DNA of 64,000 nt, taken from a virus. Every line of letters starts with the position of its first letter. Within the stretch, counting starts at the first letter, position 1. The notes beneath the pieces were generated by a model. The model saw nothing but the letters and a program-made list of their open reading frames with translations. It made no database searches and was not told where the DNA came from. Below, piece after piece: positions 37,901 to 49,900 of the stretch. The translations under genes were made by a program, and so were the position numbers. Location: IMG/VR virus record IMGVR_UViG_3300025767_001290, positions 9,285 through 73,284 of that record; one strand, written 5' to 3'.

Positions 37901-40900
37901 TGCCAAGTATTGCAGTGGCTTTGGCTGTAGTAAATATTTCATTTTGAGGTCCTTCAATTATTACTGTAGGAGCACTAACATATCCAGTTCCCGAATTAGT
38001 AACAATAATTTTTGTTACTTTACCATATGCAAGTACAGCCGTAGCAGTTGCACCGGTGCCGCCGCCGCCTTCAAATCTTACAGTTGGAACAAATGTGTAA
38101 CCGCTTCCTAAGTCGCTCATTTTAATCCCAGTAATTTTATAACCTAAATTATCTAACCAGTGTTTTCTAGGATACGCTGTAGTATTATCATCTGCGCCAA
38201 CAACACGATTGCTATCAACAGTAGCAACACTTGGTGTTATTGTTCCTGTTACATTATTGTAATAAGGCGCAAGATCAAAGTCAGCAACACTACTAGATGT
38301 GTTCTCTAAACTTTGGTAACTATCAATAAACTCTCTTATATTAGTACTGTAAGGTTTTACTTCATTAACATAACTTTCAAAATCTGCTAAGTTACTATAT
38401 TTAAATGTAGTGTCTTGTGAGAGATTGCCTAGTTTATGTGTTGCAGATATAAAGCTTGTTTTAAACATCCAGTCAACGCTAGGCTGCTCTGAAAGAATGT
38501 ATCGTAGTGCAGCAAAAAATAGTTGATTATATTCTAATTCCAAAGCGCCAATAAATATATCATCTCTTAATGCTTTTAAAATTATTCTTAATTCTTTTAC
38601 AGGATTATTATCATAAAATGCACTATCAAAACTGTTGTTATCGTAACCTGTTGTGTTTTTAGCATAATCATATAAACTGTCATTAAACTGAATAGTACCG
38701 TTTTGTCTACCAACAGTTTTATAATTTATTGTATAATCTTCTGTGTTTTGACTAGATTCTTTTTCTAATAGTAGCCAGCCGCCTGCGCCAACATTATTAA
38801 TTTTAACTGTGTTGCCGATTATATCGTCTATTGTACTAAGTTCATAAGAATTATTAACAGTATAATTAACTTCAGTAAACTGATTGTACCCGATATCATA
38901 CCAGTCAACATAGTTCCAATAATTTGATACATTATAATTCTGTACAGCCGCTCTAAACCAAGAAGTAGATGTTGTATTCCATTCATATAATGCCCACTTG
39001 TTAAATGAAGCACTGTCTGATTCTACTAGTACTGTAAATTTTCTAACATTTAATATTGTTGTTTCAGTGTAATCATTTCCTTGTGCCAATACTTCTACAT
39101 TATTAACTTGCCCAAGATTATTTATAGTGATATCTAAGACTGCGCCACTGCCTGTGCTTTCAAATTGATACGAAGGAGCAACTTTATATCCTCTTCCTGG
39201 ATTAGTTATTGTAACACGGACAACTCTACCATTAACTACTACTGGTGTTAATACCGCAGGTGTTAGTTTGTTTGTACTAATAAATTCAAGTTCTTCATAA
39301 GTATTAATTTTTAGATCATACTTATTGCTTATAACAGTAGGCATTTCGTCTTTTAGTGAAAGAGAATTAATATTATATTCGTCAACAATTAATGTGTTTA
39401 ATAATACAGAGTTTACTCGTTCAATAGTTTGTTTTAATGCTTCTACTCTGTTAACAAACATTCCCTGTCTTGGGCGATTTTGAATTCCTTGGCGTTTTGC
39501 AACAGGAATTTTAGGATCCGGTACAATTCGATTATTACTATCAAACCCAATTAAACTGTCAAACCATTTACGTTCAATATCGTAATTAGGTTTGCTTGTA
39601 GCTAAGTTATCCGACATTAACTGATATTGGGCATGCTCATTTTGAGAATTATTTGGACCAGTTGAATACCTAATATTTAAAACTAAATCATCTGATGTAA
39701 TTAAATTATTAAAATTGTTTAATACGAGTTTATCTTTACTAATAAAGCTAATATATCTATATCCATTTTCTCTCGGCGATTGAATTAGATTGCGAATATT
39801 AATACAATTAATTGTTCTATTTTTATCTGTAGGAATGGTAAGTTTATTTTCAACCCAGAAATAATATTTTGTATTAAAGGTTTGACTTATATCATCGTAA
39901 GATAATTTAGCACTATATTTTGTATCGCCATATAATGACGTGCCACTTATGCCTAAAGGAACACCATTATCAGTGTCAGCTAGTTGATTCCATTGACTTG
40001 GTAAGTAATCACTTTCTACCCATTCGTATATATCAATTGATGCTCCTGGTAATAGTGAATTCCAGCTGTTACTTTGGAATGTTGTAGATCCTTGATACAC
40101 ATTGCTAAATCTAGCATTATTAATATTCCACCATACTTGACCAACATGCGCCTCTCCCCAATGCATTGCCGGAGAAACTGTTATATCATCTAGCGGTCCT
40201 ACATTGTATGATGCAGGATCTTGAGGTGTTTTAAATGTAATTTCTTTGTCTGCTACTCCTGCAATTTTTCCTTGCACAGGGTCAATATAATCTATGTACG
40301 AAACTATTTGGTTAGTGCGTTTGTTGTATAAGAACACTCCGCCAATCTTAGATATATCAACAGGTGTTACACTAGATCTTAATGAATTCCATGATTTTTT
40401 ATTTTTTATTTTACGGTAATCTAAAACTATGCCTCTATAATTACCGCTAACAAAATTTGGAATTCCTGTATAGATATGATTATCATTAATTAATAAGTTT
40501 TTTCCAAAATTAATTTGTGCATCTTTAAATAGTAATTGTTCTGAATAGATTAGTGTGTCTTGTATATCTTCATATACATATATTGTGCCTTTGTCAACTT
40601 TAATATTTTTAAACGAAGTAAACTTATTGTCAAATGTAGTTTCAGTTCTTTCAGTTGATGAAGTATCTAAAACATATTTTGAATAAACTGGAATTGGATT
40701 ACCGTCAACATCAAGTTTAATATCTCCGAGAGAGACACCATCAATTAATTCAACATTAACTCCGTAAACCTCTACACCAGTTTGTGGCTGTACTTCTAAT
40801 AGTTTAGTGTACGTATCAAACCTTGTTGGTATACGCTGGTCACCGTTTTGACTTGATATTACCAAACCGTCTTTACCAAATGCAACAGAATATCCAAATT

Positions 40901-43900
40901 TTTCAACCTGTTCGTTGTTTGGAGAATTAATTACAGTATTTGGTACAGTTATTATAATATTATTATCGTCAACTCCGTTAACTGTTCCAAATTTTTCTGT
41001 CGTTGAGTTATAATTATAAACCCATACTGCGCCTTGATCTACACTAGTTGTATCGTCTAACGGAACACTTACTGCTATCTTGTTTCCTTCTGGATTTAAT
41101 ACAACTGTATCTGCCCAGCGGTTCTTGTCTATCCAAACATCCGGTGTAGCATTAGGATTTAATGTTCTTGTTCCGGTAAATGCAGTAGCAATATTTCCGG
41201 CTCCGTCTCTATATACAATATTTCCATCGTTGTCTTTTTCAAATTTATCATTATCGTGATCTTGTAATTCAAAACTTGACTCGGGAGCATCAATTACTTG
41301 ACTTAATACATACTTTTTGTCACTAAGTCTATAAATTGCTAATTGCTTTTGATAAGAACTATCTGATAATTCTAATTTAGTTGTTACTACTAATACTTGC
41401 GCATCATCACTTAAATCAAAATTTTCAGCAAACTGTGATATATTTGTTGCAGGATCATATGATAGTTCATTATAATATGTATCTAGTGTTAGATTTGGTA
41501 ACAATCCTAAATAATCAATTTTACCATCAACTAATTCCCAAGATGTATTTAAACTAGACGGAACTGCTGCACCTTTTGGTACATTAGTAGTTGCTGCATA
41601 CAGTATACTACTATAATCTACAATATCACCTAATCTGTAGCTAATAGTGTTATCAAATGTTCCTCTAAAGTTTTCGTCTTTGGCTCTTTTCCAACTAATA
41701 TTAGTCCAATATATAGTATCACTAATATTGTTTTGCGTAGCCGAAGTTACCTTACGTGCAATGTAATACTCGTCTTTCCATATTACAACATCGCCAATAT
41801 CGTAAATCGTGTTAAGTTTATGCAAACCTTTAAAGGCACTGTTAGCAGGAGCGCCATGCTTGTATATTTCAATAGCGCCTGGATTTTGTCTCCATTCTAA
41901 ATCTTCATCTCTTGCAGCACCTGTTGGTTTATTAGATATCATTAAAGTATAATCGTTGCCAGTTTGAGTTATTTTAACTTTTGAACCAAACTTTTTATCT
42001 TGTGCTGCATATTCTGAAACTAATGTTGATTGATATTGGTAAACTCCGTTAAAGTCTTTTCTATAAATTGATACTGCGCCTTGATTTAACGAGCCAGCAA
42101 TGCCAGTTTTATCTGCTAGAATATTATAAACTTGACTATAATCTTTGTTTGTGGTATACGGCGGATTAGCAGCTCTAGATATACCAGTAATAATGTCTTC
42201 ATTAAAGAAATAATATTCTTGATCAGTAACTGGGATAACGTTGTCCCAGGTTAATGAGTCTGAGAACGTAGTTCCAGTATCTACAACAATTAATTTTCCA
42301 ATTAAATTTGTTCCTAGAACAATATCATTATTAACGTCTAAAATTGTACCAATGTCTTGATCAGGATCTGTACTAGATCGTGACAATCTTCTAATTTCAA
42401 ATTTACCAATATTAGTTAATTGTTCAAAAGTTCCGCCCACTGTTATATCTAATCTATCAGTTGGTTCTTTTTCTTCAAATTGTGCTTGTGTTAGTACATT
42501 AACATACACTCGAACTTTATTAAAGTTTCTTTGATAAAACATTACTTCAGCAGCACTTGTAATTGTACTAGTTCTAGCAAGTCCCCCTTGTCCATCTCTA
42601 GGAATCTGTACATCAACTAAAATATCACCAACTTCTGGTTCAAATACATTACCTTCAAAGTCAAACTCAGTAAAATCAAAGTCAATATATCCATCCCACA
42701 TGTCTTGTATAACAACATCATTACCTGTGATGAGACTAGCAGTAAATCCTGATGGAGATATATCAAACTCTTCATTATCAAAATATTTAATATTAATTTT
42801 TGTTGGTGTATCAGAACTAGGACCATTTGCTAAGAATCTAGGATGTATTACATCTGAATATTCTTTTGCTGTACGAATTACATATTTACTACTTGGTATA
42901 GCAAGTTCAGTTCCGCCATTGTCGCCTGTATAAGATAAATGGTTTATAAAACTTGCTTGATTTTTCTTAGTAACGTAATTACCAATACTACTAATCGTAT
43001 CTTGAATGTTACTATAAGCATTTATCAATTCCTGCTGGACAATATCTGCTCTTTTACGAATATCAGAGTACACTAATCCTCTACCAACATCATAATATTT
43101 GCTGTTGTTAGAATAAGTAAATGTACTGCCCGAAGTAACTTCAGTAGCCTGTGGTTCTGGGTCTTGGCCAATTTGGTACGTTTTAAACAACCAATACCCT
43201 GACACAGTTTCGCTAGTATTATAAGTATCTGCTTCTGAATAAAATCCTACAAAGTCATCTCTATCGTTAAATAGCTTGCCTAATATACTAAAAACACCAT
43301 TAGTGTTTATTAAATAAACAACTGCACTATCTCTAAATGTAGATACATAATAAACTTCTGCAGAACCTGTATCAGTTTGTACAATTTCACCCTTAACAGG
43401 CAACGTTACATAAGTTTCAATAAAGAAAATATGATCTATTTTTTGTTGTATAGTATGTTCTGTTGATAAAAATGTACTAGATATTTTCGGTATAAGGTTG
43501 TCAAACGGAAGATATGTATCTAGCGTTGGATATGCAAAGCTACGCTTATTCCAATATAAACTTACAGCGTCTCCAGATATTTCGCCTACATTACCCAAAG
43601 TTCCATTATACATATCTTTAGGAGCTCTTACTAAAAAGTGATCTACAACATTATTAGGTAATCCAGGATCACCTGCAACTAATAATGTTAAGGACGTTGA
43701 GTCAGAATCTAATTGCTCGGATATATTAATATAAGAATCAAAACTTGTAAACGTTTCTGCTGCAATAGCAGGAAGAATTTCTCTATTTGTTTTCCATAAG
43801 CTTTCTTTATATTTTACAATTTCGCTTTTTGTATATGTTGTTGTAGTATCAAAGTTGCCTTTAAATTTAGTTTTTACATTACTTGCTCCAGGAATGCCTA

Positions 43901-46900
43901 TTACTAAATATTCACCGTCTGGCGAAATATCAATACTTTTGCCAAAGTCGCTGTCAGCAGGATCATAAAGCGTAATCGGAGAGTCAATAGCTGTCCAATA
44001 TGTCGAAACTTCAATATCATCAAATTCAGCAGCACTAGTATGTGTAATAGAAGTAGTATAATAAGTTCTAGAACTATCAAGATCATATACTACCTTATCT
44101 CCTTTATAGAATATAGTATTTGGTTTCCAGGAAAATACATTATCCGGCGGAACTATTTCTTGATCAATTGCTAGTTCTGATGATTCATTAGTTCTTCTAT
44201 AATAGTTAACTTTGCCGTTAATATTATTAGCCGAAGATACAAAGAAGTTTCTATTGTCACTAGTAACTGCCATGCTCTCTGAAAACTCTTGTAGTTCTCC
44301 TGTGAATATATCGTTGTTAACTATAGTTTGATTTCTGCTGTAGGCAGTTTTATTTTCTAAAACTGTCCAATCGTTGTTATAGTTTTCAACCCAAAATCTT
44401 TGTCCTGGATATAATTTATTTTGTGCTAAGGTATTTGCTTCTTCAAGTGTTGCTACACGCACCGAGCGCAATTTAGTTAATAAAAAGTCTTTTCCTATAA
44501 ACGAATTAGGAGTTGTGTCTGTAGATAGTCTAATGGTAATTTTATTAAGAGTAACACTTTCAACAACATATAGTCCTTCTAGATTAAACTCTTCAGCAGC
44601 ACGTATACCAATAATATCAAGTGGCTTTACTAAGCCTCCTGCCCAACGATTTACTGTCAACTCTACCAAAGGATCTCCTGTAATATCAGATCTTTGATTT
44701 TTATTTTCTAATACAGTTACAGATGTTTCGAGACTAATGTGTTGGTACACATTCCATGGGGTTTCACCTAGCTCTGTTACCCAAATATAATCACCAAGGC
44801 CTAGTAAATTAACATTACCCAATGGTAACTCGTTACTAGAACTAGCTACAAATGAGACATCTTCTTCTCTTACAAATCCGCCAGTCTTAATTACTTCATT
44901 TTTAACTTCTTTAGTTGGGAACGGTGCATGGTTGTAGTCTAAAGGCTTGTCATATACTTCGTGTTCTAAAATTCTATAATGTTTGTCAAAATTACTTAAT
45001 GGTAAACTAGTAACTAATTCAATTGCTTGTGGCGATTCTTGAACTTTATCTTGTTTAAGATTTAATTCAATTTGTTGAATGTCATTAGTTGCTCCAAAGC
45101 GGCCAACTTGTAATGCCCATTCTTCGTAAAACTCCAATGTGTCTTTTCCGACACTTCCTAATGCACTAAACATTTTTGATAATGCATTTTTTGTGCCTTT
45201 ATCTTGTATAAATCCTTGGTAAAACTTATACTGACTTACATCATCTGGAATAATATTAGCAAGATACTGGCGTTTTTGAAAGCCTGTAAAATGTTTTGCC
45301 ATTTTTTGTAACTCAGTATCAAACCCCTGAGTGTCTAAACTATAAAAATCAGTAAATTGATTTGTTCTATAATCAAAATTTGTAATTAATTCTGGTTCTG
45401 GCTTTTCATTAAGTTTAAACCATTTAGCAGTCTCAAAATTTGTTGTGCCTGGAATATTTTCAGTTGCAACATAATAAAATTGTTTATATTTAACAAGACT
45501 GCCAATTCCAAAATCTTTCCATTTGGCCCAATCTACAACTTTAGCATCGTCATATACAAACCCCGGGATATTTAGGCCGCCGCTCCAATTTGCTGCACGG
45601 TAGCCGCTGACTTTTATGCGTTCTTGTCTGTATCCAGAGCTAGGTTCAAATACAATGTCATTAAACACAGTCTTGTTATCAATTAATACTACATGCTCTC
45701 TTTGTACTAATGGCAATGCAGCACTGTATAATCCTTCTTCAGTGTTTACAGTTTCTATACCAAAACTATTTTTATCTCTCAATAAACTATTAAATTCGCT
45801 GGTTAACGGTTCTCCGTTTGCTTGTAATATACTATAAGTGTAAAACGGATCGTTAATATCATCTACAACAAAATATTCTTTACTAAAATTAAATTTATTA
45901 GCAGCTGGAGATATTGTTATAACAGTACCTGTAGCCCAACCTTGCGTTGTCCAGAATAAAAACTCTCGGGCACTTTGATCCCAATTATTAACTGTTCCGT
46001 CTAATTCAACAAAGTTAAAATCAAAACCTAAGTCATTTAATTGCTGTCCGTATCCTAACAAAAAGTCAACCATATCTTGTGATGTTTTAAGAGTCGATCC
46101 GTAAGGTAATAATTTAATTGTTGTTTTGTCAAAGTTACGTTTAAACAATGCAGTTTTTCCGCCAACGATTGGCAATTCAGGAAGCTTTGCAAGATTGTCT
46201 GTGCTAAATGTATTAGCAGACGTAAATGTTTTTGTAACTCTATAATATGTGTTATTATTTTCTATAATAACATCTTTATAATATATAGTCGACGGCTTCC
46301 ATTCTGAAGTTGTTTCGCTTATTCCTCCAACAGTTACAGGAACTGTTTTCGAAGAAGTAATTGGTGAGTAATATTCAAAGAACGGATTTTGATTGTTGTA
46401 GCCTCTTACAACAAATCCACCAGCTGTTTTTTCAATAATTATGCCACTGTACACTGCTACTGATTGCGGTGAACTTTTGTTAAGAAATACTTGATAGTTT
46501 TCTTGTGGGATATAAATCCCACCATCGGATAGCAATTGTTGTGGGCTGCGGCTGTCAAGAATTAAGTTTATTTTTTGTTTATCACTAAATCCGCCTAGTT
46601 TAAATCCTAACTGGTTATTAATTGCCTTTAATTCGTTTTGGTAATCTTGATAAATTGTTAACACATCACTAGCAACTAGATTATAAATGTAATTTACAAA
46701 CCCTGAGGTATTTACTCTAGCAGTATCTGTAACCGTGTTAGGGAATACTATATTGTCAAGTGTTAGAAATTTGCTAGTTGTAGAATACACTTGCTGTCCA
46801 GCTAAGTTAGTTGTTATCCGAGATACATCAAATGCTTCTCCAATTGTGCTAGACGGCTTGTTAAGCATTAAACTCTTAATAATTGCAAAAGGATAATTAG

Positions 46901-49900
46901 AACTTCGGCGCCACGCAGTTTCAACCGGAGCTTCGTCGCCAAAGCTAAAGTTACCTGTACTTTGGCGTAAAATAAACTGTTTTACATATCCGCTTGTTTG
47001 AGGATGTTTTAATTTGCCTGTGGAATCAACTGGGATAAATCCCAGTAGTCCCGGCCTTGCATAATCTAAGGTATATCTAATATTATTAGGTTCTGCTATT
47101 TTGCCTTCTTGAATGTCTGTCCAGAGGATTAAATTATCTCTAGTATACGGTGCAGGACCATACACTGTGTTCCACCATGATGGTTTAATTTTAAATCCTT
47201 GCATTTCCCAAGGGTGGCTATGTGGTCTATCAGTGTCAAAGGCACGTTTATATACACCTCTCCAAAAACCAGGAAGAGGTGTACCTGAAGTATTTACTGA
47301 CGAAGAGTAGTTAAACGTAAACGGATTTAATCTATCATAAAAATAATTATCAGTATAATCATTGTCTACATACGATAACCACTGTGTAAAGTTAGATAGT
47401 AAACTACGGTCAACTTCTGTTTTCGTAAACTCATTTGTTCTAAAGTCTCCTCCAACAAATTTATCAATATTAATAGTATTATTGTCATAATTTACTTTTA
47501 TATTATTAAAGATTCGTTTTTCAAGATCTAATAATAGTTCATCTCTAAAATCTAAATATGCTCTAATATAACTTCCATCGTGTCCTTTAATAAAAGGAAT
47601 ACCTGTAGGATATGCATCATATTCTACATTATCAACAGTTCCAACTGAGGTGCCTGTTGTCGGCATATAAAGTACAACGTTTAGACCTTTAAACAAATAT
47701 GTATTTGATGTTCCAGTACCTCCATTAGCAATATCAGCTGCGTTAGCTGTTTCAAGAGTTGTATAAACTGGATAGAACCAACCTCTGGTGCCAGCTTTGG
47801 TAAATCCAGTTTCAACTTCTCCGTATACTTTATAAGGACCGGTAGTAGATGGTTGATCTGTTTGATAGGTGTCGTCAATTGTTAATTCTGGAGCAAACTT
47901 TGGATATATTCCTAATTTAGTAGGAGTTGGCGCAATAAAAGTGCCATCTGTACTTGTATATTCGTAAATATCAATTATGTCGTTTACTTTTTGGTCTGTG
48001 TCAATAACTACGTAGCCATCTGCATCAAAAGTATAATCTAAATTATACGATAATTGGCTAGAATTTAAATACACGCTAACAGCATTAGACGATAACTTAG
48101 TTAAATTAAACGGTGTAGTTAGTGCATAAGTTTTAATTCTAGAATCTAAAACAGTGTATGTTATTTTGTTAGAAGGACCGTGTGCTACCATGTCAGAGAA
48201 GTAAAACGGCTGTGTTTTAATTTTATCTTTATTAATTGTTTTTAGAATAAGGTCAACATGTTGCTTAGTTTCGCCGTCAAACCCTAAAGATTCGGCAGTT
48301 TCTAAAAACACTCTTTTAAATTTAGAATATTCAGTGTTTGCATAATCAAGAGCTTTTGTTAAATTATATTTTGTGTTTAACAAATGATACAGTGAAAGAT
48401 TTAAAGGACTTTTGTGCTTAACAAATCGTTTGCCAAATTTGTCTAGGTCGCCTAAGTCACGTAAATTGCCTGGGCCCGGAAATACTCCATTAAAATTTGG
48501 TATTTCTCCAACCATGCTATCAACATGGTCAATAACTTCGCCTAAAGTAAATTCAGCTATGTCTTGGTTTAATGGATTTCTTTCTAAGTTAATAGGAAGT
48601 TCATAATATCCGTTGTTATTTTTACTAGACTTGCTATATGCCTTAATAGTAACTACATCATCAATATTAATGTCATTATAAAATCTAACTAATGCAGTTT
48701 CATTTATTTTATCAATTTCATAATCAGTTAATCGAAACTGCAAGTTATTATTAACAAGCACAATAACTTGCAGGTCGGTTAAATTACCTGCTTTATCAAA
48801 AACGTCGATTTCAAAATTATTAGTTACATTGTCAGTTGCAGTGTATTGTTTAACTACATATTGTTTGCTTGCTACCGGAGTACTAGACCATCCATTAACA
48901 TATATAAACGAAGTTTTATTTTTATATTTTCTTAAATTTGCAGTATCTGTAGTAATGTTAACAACTACGTCATTATCTTGTATACTAAATGTGTCACTTA
49001 GTAAATTAAATTCAAAAACAATATCTCCACTGTTTTCTATTTTCTTGTAAGATAAAGGAAATCCTAATTCAATATCATTAGTACCATCACCTTCCTTGTA
49101 AGAAAATATCTTTGTTCCTTTAAACGTACTAGAATTAAATACATCTAAATCTCCGTATGCATTGCCTTGTGGACAACATAGGTCAAACAACGGAGGTTGA
49201 TTAACTTTTGTTTTTTCTTGAGAAAGTGTCCATTTGTTGTAATGGTAATGTAACGTCTTTCCGCCGTATTTGTTACCCTGTTTAACAAAAATAGTTTCTA
49301 AATCTACAGGATCAGTATCTACTGTTTCTATTAAACTAATTTGTCTAACGTTGTTTATTGTACTAAATTTTACTTCGTAGATTTTTCCGTTAACTCTAAC
49401 ATCAGTATCTGCTGCAAATAGTATTCTCATACCGCTTGCTAAATTAATACCATCTACATTATATCCTAGTTCGCCTTCAATTGTAGAAAACGCATCTGCT
49501 GTAAAGAAATCAATTAGGTCAATGTCAGCTTTGGCTTCAACCCCAAAATTAAATAATTTTAGGCCTGCTTCAAATTCAATAATAGGACGCTTTGCTCTAC
49601 CTGTTTCGTCAATATTAACATCTAAGTTATTGTATTCATAACTTTTAACTAATACATCTTTGTGGTGCCATCTGTTGTATCGACTCCATGCATTTCTATC
49701 TGGAGTTGCTCGATTAATAACAATATAGTCTTTTTCTGCTGCATAAGCACTTGCATTAGCAAACGGTAAACTATCAAATTGGTCAGCATCAAACGGAACT
49801 AATACGTTTTCACTATATGTCGCAGGAATAATTAAATCTTTTTCGTTTATTAAAACAATTTTGTCGCCAACACCTTCAACATACCACTGATCTTGTGCGT